Shown: positions 28,607 through 37,618 of the stretch, piece after piece
Position numbering within the stretch: the first letter of the stretch is position 1
Layout: each line of letters begins with the position of its first letter
From: Candidatus Pampinifervens sinense
GTDB lineage: Bacteria; Aquificota; Aquificia; Aquificales; Aquificaceae
Direction: 5' to 3'
Length of the DNA stretch: 64,000 bases
Assembly (NCBI GenBank): GCA_037927135.1
Contig: JAXSPP010000005.1
Location: 82,785-146,784 of the forward strand
Notes under the pieces: generated by a model
What the model was told of the DNA's origin: nothing
The model's database searches: none
The model's input: the letters and a program-made list of their open reading frames with translations, nothing else
Made by a program: the position numbers and the translations under genes

Positions 28607-28692
28607 TGGTGGGGGTGGAGGGACTCGAACCCTCACGGCTCATCGCCGGCGGATTTTAAGTCCGCTGCGTCTACCAGTTCCGCCACACCCCC
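28607..28692 (-). tRNA. tRNA-Leu(TAA)
   Basis: Anticodon arm GCGGA-CTTAAAA-TCCGC; long variable arm; GGTTCGAGTCC; ACCA end. Confidence 0.96.
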
Positions 28693-28723
28693 AATCTAAT
28701 AATAATTATAGGCAATTATTCTT

Positions 28724-28808
28724 CCCTCAGGGTGTTTCAGAAATAGTCTGCACCTTCACACAGACTACATTCCCGCTCCCTAAAGCGGGAACTGGTGCCC
28801 ACAGAGGG
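28724..28808. ncRNA. Candidate structured RNA (three-way junction), unassigned
   Basis: Outer stem CCCTC/GAGGG plus GGG..CAG/CTG..CCC enclosing TAGTCTG/CAGACTA and TTCCCGCT/AGCGGGAA hairpins; GC-rich between AT-rich promoters. Confidence 0.55.
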
Positions 28809-28823
28809 TCTCCCCACAAGCCC

Positions 28824-28870
28824 TTGACAAAAAATTTTGGGATTGTATATTAATACCAAAAATGTTTTGG
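28824..28870 (+). promoter_or_regulatory. Sigma70 promoter of feoAB with operator-like palindrome
   Basis: TTGACA-N16-TATATT; CCAAAA-ATG-TTTTGG at 28856-70 overlapping the SD. Confidence 0.55.
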
Positions 28871-28879
28871 AGGTAGAAA

Positions 28880-29092
28880 ATGAAGCTTGAGGAAGTGAAG
28901 CCAGGACAAGAGGTTATAATAATGTCCTTTTCTGGAAAGGATGAGGTGTTGGAAAAGGTGCAGGCAATGGGTTTAAGGAAGGGCAGAAGGGTGGCCCTTC
29001 TTCAAAAGCTCGGAAGGAATCTACTTCTAAAGGTAGACAATTCAAGGATAGTTATAAGCAAGGATTTAGCGCGGAACATAGAGGTTCAATGA
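28880..29092 (+). CDS. feoA: Ferrous iron transport protein A
   Basis: SH3-like FeoA pattern (MGLRKG..V, LLKVDNSRIVISKDLARNIEV); precedes feoB. Confidence 0.92.
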   Translation: MKLEEVKPGQEVIIMSFSGKDEVLEKVQAMGLRKGRRVALLQKLGRNLLLKVDNSRIVISKDLARNIEVQ

Positions 29093-31164
29093 AAAAAATA
29101 GAAGTAGCCCTTGTAGGAAATCCTAATGTAGGGAAAACCAGCATACTCAACCATCTTGCAGGCACACATTTAAAGGTAGGCAACTGGCCAGGGGTTACGG
29201 TAGAAAAGAGGGAAGGCAAGGTCAAGTTCTGGGATTATGAGATACATCTTGTGGACCTTCCCGGCATATATACCCTTGAGCCCATATCTGATGATGAATG
29301 GATAGCCTACAGATACATAACTGAAGAAAAACCAGATCTGATACTCAATATCATAGAAACACCCAACATGGAAAGAGACCTCCTTCTCACTGTAGAACTA
29401 TTAGAGTATGAGATACCTATCATACTGGTTTTAAACATGGTTGATGAGGCTCAAAAGTTGGGAATAAATGTCAATGATAGGTGGCTCTCAGATATTTTGG
29501 GTGTAAGGGTTATAAAGACAAACGGTAGGACTGGAGAAGGTGTAAAGGCCCTACTTCCCCATATAGTGGAGGTATTCAATTCAAAGGAAAGACCAAAGGT
29601 GATCAAATACAACAAAGAGTTTGAAGAGTTTTTGGAAAAGGTAAGGGAGAGAGGTGATGAAAGTAAAGCACAGCTTATAAAAAAGCTTCTTGAAGATGAG
29701 AGGTTTAAACATTACAGAGAGGAGGTAAGGAAGGTTTTTGGAAAGGATGTGCTTGAGGTGATAAAGGATGAGAGGTATGCATTGGCCCACGGCATATACA
29801 AGGAGGTTGTAGAAAAGAGGTCCTACACTTCAAGGGATATTACCGACTCCATTGATAGGATACTTCTTCATCCAACCTTTGGCATTCCCATCTTCTTGCT
29901 TGTAATGTTTTTCGTCTTTAAGGTGTCCTTTGACCTTTCAAGCCCCTTTATGGATTGGATAGATGGTTTTATAAATGGCTTTGTGGCACCCCTTGTGGCA
30001 ACCCTTCTTACTTACCTAGGAGCTGAAGAGTTCATAAGAAAGGTCTTTTCAGAGGCTGTTGTGGGTGGTGTGGGCTTTGTGCTTACCTTTGTTCCCCTTA
30101 TTGCAACCATATACTTCATGCTTGCCCTTCTTGAGTTTTCTGGATACTTACCACGTATAGCCTTTTTGATGGACAGGTTTATGCATAGGCTTGGACTTCA
30201 TGGTAAAAGCCTTGTCCCACTGCTTTTAGGCTTTGGATGCAATGTACCAGCTATAGTGGCCACAAGGACCCTTGAAACAAAAAGGGACAAGCTTTTGGTA
30301 ATTGCCATGATCCCTTTTATGAGCTGTCCTGCAAGGCTTGTAGTTTTCTCCTTCTTCGCAGCGATATTTTTCCCGAACCCAGCTCTTATCATCTTCTCCC
30401 TATATCTTCTAGGTATCCTTACCGCCTTGATAACGGCCCTTATTCTGAGGCATACAGCCTTCAAAGGCACCCTGTATCACTTTGTTATGGAATTGCCCCC
30501 TTATAGGCTACCTACCCTTAGGCTCCTATTGAAAGTGGTATGGGTCTATGTTAAAGACTTCCTCTACAGGGCTGGTACCCTCATCTTTGGTGCATCCATA
30601 TTCATCTGGCTTTTACTAAACCTACCACCCGGTATAAAAAGTCCATCTGAAAGCTTGGCAGCGCACATAGGAAAGGCCATAGCACCCGCATTTTCTCCCC
30701 TTGGCCTTGAAGACTGGAGGATCTCCACCTCATTAATACCGGCCTTTTTGGCCAGAGAGATAGTCTTGAGCTCCATGGCCACCATATACGCAACAGAGAT
30801 GTCCAAACCATCTGAGGAGGGGTTTGATTTAGTCAAGGCTTCAAAAGAGCAAGTTCATGCTTTAGGCCAGGCCTTCAAAGAAGCCTTTGTGAACCTATTC
30901 AAACCTGTGCCTACTGTTTTTGAAGTAGAAGAAGAGAGTGAGCAAAGTCTTAGAAGTATTATGGCAAAAAGCTTGTCTCCCGCTTCCGCTTTGGCCTTCA
31001 TGGTATTTATACTCCTTTATACATCTTGCCTTGGCACGGTGGCTACCATGTGGAGGGAGGTGGGTAAAAAGTTTGCCCTGCTATTCCTAGTTTATAGCTT
31101 TCTTGTAGGCTGGTTCTTAGGCCTTCTAGCCTATAGGATAGGCGTCTTGTTATGGAGTATGTGA
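29089..31164 (+). CDS. feoB: Ferrous iron transport protein B
   Basis: GNPNVGKT, NWPGVTVE, DLPG.Y, NMVD, GFGCNVPA, MSCPAR, MELPPYR. Confidence 0.98.
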   Translation: MKKIEVALVGNPNVGKTSILNHLAGTHLKVGNWPGVTVEKREGKVKFWDYEIHLVDLPGIYTLEPISDDEWIAYRYITEEKPDLILNIIETPNMERDLLLTVELLEYEIPIILVLNMVDEAQKLGINVNDRWLSDILGVRVIKTNGRTGEGVKALLPHIVEVFNSKERPKVIKYNKEFEEFLEKVRERGDESKAQLIKKLLEDERFKHYREEVRKVFGKDVLEVIKDERYALAHGIYKEVVEKRSYTSRDITDSIDRILLHPTFGIPIFLLVMFFVFKVSFDLSSPFMDWIDGFINGFVAPLVATLLTYLGAEEFIRKVFSEAVVGGVGFVLTFVPLIATIYFMLALLEFSGYLPRIAFLMDRFMHRLGLHGKSLVPLLLGFGCNVPAIVATRTLETKRDKLLVIAMIPFMSCPARLVVFSFFAAIFFPNPALIIFSLYLLGILTALITALILRHTAFKGTLYHFVMELPPYRLPTLRLLLKVVWVYVKDFLYRAGTLIFGASIFIWLLLNLPPGIKSPSESLAAHIGKAIAPAFSPLGLEDWRISTSLIPAFLAREIVLSSMATIYATEMSKPSEEGFDLVKASKEQVHALGQAFKEAFVNLFKPVPTVFEVEEESEQSLRSIMAKSLSPASALAFMVFILLYTSCLGTVATMWREVGKKFALLFLVYSFLVGWFLGLLAYRIGVLLWSM

Positions 31165-31235
31165 TAATTTTTATCCTTGGACTTGTCCTATTTTATCTTT
31201 GGTGGAGGCAAAGGAAAAGATCTTGCTGTAGTTAG
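31152..31235 (+). CDS. Small FeoB-associated Cys-containing membrane peptide (MEYVIIFILGLVLFYLWWRQRKRSCCS)
   Basis: Translated manually; single TM helix, basic patch and CC; overlaps the feoB 3' end; below the ORF-track cutoff. Confidence 0.65.
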   Translation: MEYVIIFILGLVLFYLWWRQRKRSCCS

Positions 31236-31260
31236 TTTATAGTCTATAATTTTTAATGTC

Positions 31261-34056
31261 ATGATAGAATGGATCTTTAGGAAGCTTTTGGGAACAAAGA
31301 GTGAAAGGGAGGTAAAGAGGCTTCGTAAGGTTGTAGATAGGATAACAAGGAGGGAACAAGAGCTTGATAGCCTTTCAAACTTGGAAATAAGACAGTTGGC
31401 CTTTGATTTACATAAAAAAATATCCCAAGACCAAGACCTAAAAGAGAGGATATTGAAGGGGGAGATAACGGAGGAAGTAGAGCTTGTATTCGCTATAGTT
31501 AGGGAGGCGGGCAAAAGAACGTTAGGCCTTAGGTTTTTTGATGTTCAGCTAATAGGTGGCTTGGTTTTGCATGAGGGAAAGATTGCGGAGATGAAGACGG
31601 GAGAAGGCAAGACGCTGGTGGCCACTTCCGCCACTGCGGTAAACGCTATGACTGATGAAGGGGTTCATGTGGTGACTGTAAACGACTACTTGGCCAGAAG
31701 GGATGCCCAATGGATGGGGCCCATATACCTCTTCCTCGGTTTGGAAGTGGGTGTTATAAACTCGGACTATTCATCCTATAGGGTAGAATGGGCTGATCCC
31801 AACTTGGCCAGCAGGGCTATAGAAGAGGATATTAGGGTATGGCCCAAGGGATACTTTGAAGAGATCCTTCCATCGGAGCTCATAAATGTGCAGGCAAAAA
31901 AGGCCTTTTATACAAAGCTTGTTCCATGCACAAGAAGGGAGGCCTATCAATGTCATATAACCTACGGCACAAACAATGAGTTTGGTTTTGACTACCTTAG
32001 GGACAATATGGCCTTCTCCCTTGAGGAGATAGTTCAAGTAAAGGGGCACAACTTTGCCATAGTGGACGAGGTAGATTCTATACTCATTGATGAGGCAAGG
32101 ACACCCCTGATAATCTCCGGCCCAGCGGAGATGGATACTTCCATCTACTATAAGGCGGATGAGGTGGTAAGAAGGCTCAAACCTGAGGAAGATTACACGG
32201 TGGATGAGAAGAACAGGACTGTACAGCTTACAGAAAAGGGCATTAGAAAGGTGGAAAAGATCCTTGGCATAGACAACCTTTATGACATAAGGCATATAGA
32301 CCTTTTGCATGCCATAAATCAGGCCCTCAAGGCCCATAACCTCTTCAAGAGGGATGTGCACTATATAGTAAAGGATGGGGAGGTCCTTATAGTTGATGAG
32401 TTTACAGGAAGGGTATTGCCAGGTAGAAGATGGAGCGATGGCCTACATCAGGCCATAGAGGTGAAGGAGGGTGTGCCCATTCAAAGGGAGAATCAGACCT
32501 TGGCAAGCATAACCTTTCAAAACTACTTTAAGCTGTACAGAAAGCTGGCTGGTATGACGGGAACTGCAGAAACGGAGGCCTTAGAATTCAAAGAGATATA
32601 CGGCCTTGAGGTGGTTGTAATACCTACACACAAGCCCATGAGAAGGATAGACCATCCAGACTTGGTCTATAAGACGAAGGAAGAAAAGTGGAAGGCGGTG
32701 GTTGAGATCATAAAGCAGGAGCATGCTAAGGGAAGGCCCATACTGGTAGGCACCGTATCCATTGAGGATTCAGAACACCTATCAAGGCTGTTGCAAAAGG
32801 AGAACATACCGCACAATGTGCTTAACGCAAAGCATCATGAGAGGGAGGCTGAGATCATAGCTCAGGCTGGGAGGCTTGGGGCAGTCACCATATCAACAAA
32901 CATGGCTGGAAGGGGTACAGATATACTCTTGGGTGGAAATCCGGAATATCTAGCTAGGGAGATTCTAAGGTCAAAGGGGAAGCCTATAGAGGAGGCCACG
33001 GAGGAAGAGTGGAAGGAGGCTTTGGAAAAGGCATATAGGATAACGGAGGAAGAAAAGAAAAAGGTGGTGGAGCTAGGTGGGCTTTTGGTGATAGGTACAG
33101 AAAGGCACGAATCAAGAAGGATAGATAACCAGCTCAGAGGAAGGGCTGGCAGGCAAGGTGATCCAGGTGAATCTAGGTTTGTTATCTCTTTAGAGGATGA
33201 TCTTATGAGGATCTTTGGCGGTGATAAGGTAAAGAGGCTTATGGATATGCTAAAGATCCCACCTGGTGAGCCCATAGAAAGCAGGATGGTTACAAAGGCT
33301 ATAGAGAACGCTCAAAAGAGGGTTGAAGCCCAAAACTTCCAAATAAGAAAAAGGCTTTTAGAGTATGACATGGTTATGAACACTCAAAGGCTCACCGTCT
33401 ACTCTATTAGAAGGGATATACTTGAATCAAAGGGACTAGAAGAGTACCTAAAGGAGTTTATACATGACCTTTTGGCTCAAAAGGTGGACGAGTTTATAAA
33501 GGAGGATGAACCAGAGCTTTGGGATCTGGAGCCTTTAAAAGACTACCTTAGAGAGCTGACAGGACGCTCCTTTGAAGTACCTCAAGTAAGGGACAAAGAA
33601 GATCTTGTGAATGCCCTATCTGAGATGATATGGTCTGCCGTGGAAGAAAAAAGGGAACAGCTTGGCCAGGAGGTATTTGGAGAGCTTCTAAAGATAATCA
33701 TGCTATCCAACCTTGATCATCTTTGGAGGGAACATCTCCACACTATGGACAGGTTGAGGGAAGGCATATACCTGCGTGGCTATGCTTCAAAGGATCCTCT
33801 TGTAGAGTACAAAAAGGAAGCCTTTTATCTCTTTGAAGATATGCTAAACAGGTTCAGGGAAAGAACCCTCTATGACCTTATGCATATGCAGGTAAGGTCT
33901 CAGGAGGAGGTTCAAGAGGAGATAGATAGAGAGGCCAGAGAGAGGGAAAGGCTTTTGAGTATGGCCATATTTAGCGGTGTGGAGGGTAAGGCCGATCAAA
34001 AGGGTCCAAAGAGGAAAACCTTGAAAGAAAGGCTTCAGTCCAAAAGAAGGAAATAG
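31261..34056 (+). CDS. secA: Protein translocase subunit SecA
   Basis: EMKTGEGKT, VDEVDSILIDEARTPLIIS, TNMAGRGTDI, QLRGRAGRQGDPG. Confidence 0.99.
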   Translation: MIEWIFRKLLGTKSEREVKRLRKVVDRITRREQELDSLSNLEIRQLAFDLHKKISQDQDLKERILKGEITEEVELVFAIVREAGKRTLGLRFFDVQLIGGLVLHEGKIAEMKTGEGKTLVATSATAVNAMTDEGVHVVTVNDYLARRDAQWMGPIYLFLGLEVGVINSDYSSYRVEWADPNLASRAIEEDIRVWPKGYFEEILPSELINVQAKKAFYTKLVPCTRREAYQCHITYGTNNEFGFDYLRDNMAFSLEEIVQVKGHNFAIVDEVDSILIDEARTPLIISGPAEMDTSIYYKADEVVRRLKPEEDYTVDEKNRTVQLTEKGIRKVEKILGIDNLYDIRHIDLLHAINQALKAHNLFKRDVHYIVKDGEVLIVDEFTGRVLPGRRWSDGLHQAIEVKEGVPIQRENQTLASITFQNYFKLYRKLAGMTGTAETEALEFKEIYGLEVVVIPTHKPMRRIDHPDLVYKTKEEKWKAVVEIIKQEHAKGRPILVGTVSIEDSEHLSRLLQKENIPHNVLNAKHHEREAEIIAQAGRLGAVTISTNMAGRGTDILLGGNPEYLAREILRSKGKPIEEATEEEWKEALEKAYRITEEEKKKVVELGGLLVIGTERHESRRIDNQLRGRAGRQGDPGESRFVISLEDDLMRIFGGDKVKRLMDMLKIPPGEPIESRMVTKAIENAQKRVEAQNFQIRKRLLEYDMVMNTQRLTVYSIRRDILESKGLEEYLKEFIHDLLAQKVDEFIKEDEPELWDLEPLKDYLRELTGRSFEVPQVRDKEDLVNALSEMIWSAVEEKREQLGQEVFGELLKIIMLSNLDHLWREHLHTMDRLREGIYLRGYASKDPLVEYKKEAFYLFEDMLNRFRERTLYDLMHMQVRSQEEVQEEIDREARERERLLSMAIFSGVEGKADQKGPKRKTLKERLQSKRRK

Positions 34057-34661
34057 TTTTTGTACTCTTTCAGGAGATCTTCAAAGGGTATGTTTCCTTT
34101 CCTTACAAGCCTTAGGCCTTTGGGGTAGATGGCCCTCACTATGGTGGAGGGCACTGAACGAATAGTGCCCGCATCTATGTAAAGGTCTACTTTATCACCA
34201 AAGTACTCTATAGCCTTCCTTATGTTCACCGCTGGTCTTAAACCTTCAGGGTTTGCGCTTGGTGCCACAAGGGGTTCTCCAACGTAGTTTAAAAGCTTAT
34301 ATACGTGGCTCTCTTGAGGTGGAATTCTAAGGGCAAGGCTTCTTCTTCCCCTTGTAAGATATAAAGGTATGGAGTTTTTCTTGTAAAAGATAAAGGTTGC
34401 ATTGTATTTATCCATGAGGTATCTATGGGCCTTTCCCGCAAGTAGGCCAAGCATATCAACCCAACCCATATGTGGTACAAGCATCAAAAAAGGCCTTCCA
34501 GAAGGCCTCCTAATGGTAAAAAGCCTCTCTACTGCTTTTTTGTTTGTAGCCACAGCCAAAAGGCCATAGATGGTATCCGTAGGAAAGCATACTATACCAC
34601 CCTCCTTTAAAACCTTGGCGGCCTTCTCTATGGCCTTTTTACTAAGCTTTAAGACCTTCAT
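34035..34661 (-). CDS. tsaC: Threonylcarbamoyl-AMP synthase (Sua5/YrdC)
   Basis: GGIVCFPTDTIYGL, LRIP, APSANPEG, PSTIV. Confidence 0.88.
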   Translation of the reverse strand: MKVLKLSKKAIEKAAKVLKEGGIVCFPTDTIYGLLAVATNKKAVERLFTIRRPSGRPFLMLVPHMGWVDMLGLLAGKAHRYLMDKYNATFIFYKKNSIPLYLTRGRRSLALRIPPQESHVYKLLNYVGEPLVAPSANPEGLRPAVNIRKAIEYFGDKVDLYIDAGTIRSVPSTIVRAIYPKGLRLVRKGNIPFEDLLKEYKNYFLLLD

Positions 34662-35716
34662 GTGTCAATCACTTCCATCACCTTGTCCACATCGGGTGGC
34701 AAAGTTATAGGCTCCTCACAGACCTTTATGGCTGTATCTGGATCTTTTAGGCCGTTGCCAGTGAGGGTGCATACCACAAGCTCTCCACCTTTAAAATACC
34801 CTTCCCGCGTAAGCTTTATAAGGCCTGCAACGGAAGCTGCCGATGCTGGCTCACAAAATATACCCTCTGTGGAAGCTACAAGTTTATAAGCGTAAAGGAT
34901 TTCCTCATCGCTTACCGCATCTATAAGTCCTCCAGACTCGTGCATAGCCTGAAGGGCAGACTGCCAGCTGTAGGGATTTCCTATCTTTATGGCCGTTGCT
35001 ATAGTCTGTGGATTCTTTATAGGATAGCCCTTAACTATGGGTGCTGCTCCCTCCGCTTGCCAACCCATCATCTTAGGAAGGTTGTTTATCTTCCCCACTT
35101 GGTAATACTCTTTATATCCCTTCCAATAGGCAGTTATGTTGCCCGCATTGCCTACGGGTATAAAATGATAATCCGGTGCTCTCCCTAAGGCATCACATAC
35201 CTCAAAGGCTCCAGTCTTTTGCCCCTCTATCCTATACGGATTTACCGAGTTGACTATCTCTACAGGCAGTATTTCTCCTATCTTCCTCACTATGTACAAG
35301 GCATCATCAAAGTTTCCCTGTATGGCTATCACCTTGGCACCGTATATAACAGCTTGGGAAAGCTTTCCGAGGGCAACCGCACCTTTTGGAAGAAGTACAT
35401 AGGCCTTGAGGCCAGCCTTTGCTGCATAAGCTGCCGCCGATGCAGAGGTGTTCCCGGTGGAGGCACATATGACGGCCTTTTTGCCCGCCTCAACAGCCTT
35501 AGATATAGCTACAGTCATGCCTCTGTCTTTAAAAGAGCCGGTTGGATTAAGACCTTCATACTTCAAAAATATGTCTCCCTTGAAGCCTATAGCCCTTGCC
35601 AGGTTTTCCGCATAGATAAGGGGTGTATTTCCTTCATGTAGTGTTATTATAGGTGTCTTATCTGTTATAGGTAAAAACTCTCTGTATTGATGTATTATAC
35701 CTCGCCAGTAGCTCAT
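34658..35716 (-). CDS. thrC: Threonine synthase
   Basis: NPTGSFKDRG, CASTGNTSAS, PVGNAGN, TGNGLKDP. Confidence 0.96.
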   Translation of the reverse strand: MSYWRGIIHQYREFLPITDKTPIITLHEGNTPLIYAENLARAIGFKGDIFLKYEGLNPTGSFKDRGMTVAISKAVEAGKKAVICASTGNTSASAAAYAAKAGLKAYVLLPKGAVALGKLSQAVIYGAKVIAIQGNFDDALYIVRKIGEILPVEIVNSVNPYRIEGQKTGAFEVCDALGRAPDYHFIPVGNAGNITAYWKGYKEYYQVGKINNLPKMMGWQAEGAAPIVKGYPIKNPQTIATAIKIGNPYSWQSALQAMHESGGLIDAVSDEEILYAYKLVASTEGIFCEPASAASVAGLIKLTREGYFKGGELVVCTLTGNGLKDPDTAIKVCEEPITLPPDVDKVMEVIDT

Positions 35717-35767
35717 AACCCTTACGAAATTATTATACTTTAATGTGTAGGGCGCATGCTATATAAG

Positions 35768-37315
35768 CTACCTTATGGTCTTAAAGTTTGCTGAAGCCTC
35801 TTTTAGCCTTTTAACAACCTCTAAAAGTAGATTCACTTCTCTTAGAACTTCTTCGGCCACTCTTTCCATATCTTCAGCTACAGATGATACATCTTCTATA
35901 TTTTTTGCTATTTCATAAGAAAGTTTTGAATGCTCTCTTACAGCAACTGTTATTTTGGATATCTGATCCTTTACCTTTTGAAAAGCATTAACTATATGAT
36001 TTAATGAATCGTCAATGCGCTTTATATAATTGGACACTTTCGCTATTTCATTAAGTGCTTCTTCTATAGAGTTAACAGTTTGATCGGAATCTGCTTGTAC
36101 AGCTTCTATTCTCTCCGTTATTTCAACAGTAGCTTTTATAGTCCTTTCCGCTAACTTTCTCACTTCATCAGCTACAACCGCAAAACCTCTACCATGTTCT
36201 CCTGCTCGTGCAGCTTCTATAGCAGCATTTAATGCCAAAAGGTTTATTTGATCAGCTATATCTTTTATTACTGTTACAACGCTTCCTATCTCCATAGTTC
36301 GCTCGCTAAGTCTGTATGCCATAGCAACAAGGTCAGTAGCCACCAAATTTACGTTGCTTACAGCAGAAAGTGCTTCTTCAGCTATGTTTTTGCCTTCAAT
36401 GGCTATTTGCATGGCTTCTGTTGAAGAGTTCAAAGCATAAGATGCATTTTGGACAATTTCTGTCATTGCTTTGTCCATTTCCTCTGAAGCACTTTTTATT
36501 TGCTGTATACGCATTAGCTGTTTTTTTGCACCATCTGCTATTTTTTCTGCACTAACTCTAGCTACTTCTGCTGCTGATATAACCTTATTGGCTTCAATAA
36601 GTATAGTATTTATCATATCACTAAGTGATTGTACCATTTTATTCATGCTTTGTGCCAATGTTCCAATCTCATTATTACTTTTAATTTCTACATTTATTGT
36701 TAAATCACCTTTTGCTATTTCTTGAAATTTTGTAGATAACTTTGACAAAGGCTTTGATATCATTCTTGTACTTAAAATCCATATTAGCGTTAAAAATAAA
36801 ATACCTAAGAAAAAGATTGCTATTTGCAGAAGTTTTAACCTACCGATAGCATATTCTAGAGTGTATGAAGCAACTTGTATAGGCTCCTCAGCAATTCTGG
36901 AAAATTTTTCACCCCTTTCATGTAGCTCTTTCAGATAAGCAGGATTGTCTATAGCTCTATACAGAACATCTTTAAACTTGTTCCATTCCTCTTTAACTTT
37001 TTGCATCTTCATAATAAACTCTCTATTTTTAGTTCCTGATAAACCCAAATCTTTATCTCCATTTATAAGGCCATTTACAATCTTGTCCATAAAGGCTATA
37101 AGTTTATTTATCTCAGTTAATGAATCTTGCCCTGCATGTTTTATATGCACAAGATTTATAATACGATGAATTATTTCTATCTGTTTTTCCGTATAACGCA
37201 CTTCTTTAGCATATGTTTCTACCATATTTAGCTGCGAATGTAATACCAGTAGATTTATCAAAGCAAAGGAGAAAAGTATAGCAACCAGGATTTTCAAAGC
37301 TGTGCTTACCTTCAT
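35768..37315 (-). CDS. Methyl-accepting chemotaxis protein (TM, periplasmic helical sensor, TM, HAMP, MA domain)
   Basis: [44 protein letters not shown] (GDLT..NEIG.LA.SMN.M). Confidence 0.95.
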   Translation of the reverse strand: MKVSTALKILVAILFSFALINLLVLHSQLNMVETYAKEVRYTEKQIEIIHRIINLVHIKHAGQDSLTEINKLIAFMDKIVNGLINGDKDLGLSGTKNREFIMKMQKVKEEWNKFKDVLYRAIDNPAYLKELHERGEKFSRIAEEPIQVASYTLEYAIGRLKLLQIAIFFLGILFLTLIWILSTRMISKPLSKLSTKFQEIAKGDLTINVEIKSNNEIGTLAQSMNKMVQSLSDMINTILIEANKVISAAEVARVSAEKIADGAKKQLMRIQQIKSASEEMDKAMTEIVQNASYALNSSTEAMQIAIEGKNIAEEALSAVSNVNLVATDLVAMAYRLSERTMEIGSVVTVIKDIADQINLLALNAAIEAARAGEHGRGFAVVADEVRKLAERTIKATVEITERIEAVQADSDQTVNSIEEALNEIAKVSNYIKRIDDSLNHIVNAFQKVKDQISKITVAVREHSKLSYEIAKNIEDVSSVAEDMERVAEEVLREVNLLLEVVKRLKEASANFKTIR

Positions 37316-37351
37316 TTTATCCTCCCTTCCTCAATTTTACAATCATTGCCT

Positions 37352-37380
37352 ATAATATTTCAACTGAAGTGAAATGTCAA
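37352..37380 (-). promoter_or_regulatory. Sigma70 promoter of the MCP gene
   Basis: TTGACA-N17-TATTAT on the minus strand. Confidence 0.65.
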
Positions 37381-37618
37381 GCTGTTGTTAAAGCCCAAGC
37401 CTTGATAAGAAAATTACAAAGGAGGCATATAAACGGAAAAGGTCTATCAAAGATTAAAAGTCCAGTTTAGGAAGGTAGGATTACGTTTATGCTTTGAAAT
37501 GTGCCAAAAATTATATGGAGCCTATAATATAGGCTAAGCATAGATGAGTTAAGGAAATGTGTAAGGGAAAGGTAAAGATAAAGGAAATAGAAACATTCCG
37601 AGTGTTGGAGGAAGCGTT

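Noticed and set aside
28601-28636. N-terminal MRVRVPPPPPKA extension of Dcd
   Set aside because: It is the tRNA-Leu T-arm and acceptor read in frame; the real start is ATG28600
28744-28767. CTTCACA loop resembling a tRNA-Sec anticodon loop
   Set aside because: No D- or T-arm consensus and no acceptor/CCA; tRNA-Sec(TCA) was also rejected for 1264-1354, where the correct strand gives Ser-TGA
28781-28815. GGGAACTGGTG resembling a cobalamin riboswitch core
   Set aside because: No B12-box or remaining conserved stems
31771-32361. 196-aa minus-strand ORF inside secA (and similar ORFs opposite forA, glnB, glgP and the M67/tadA genes)
   Set aside because: Antisense shadows of well-conserved genes with implausible composition
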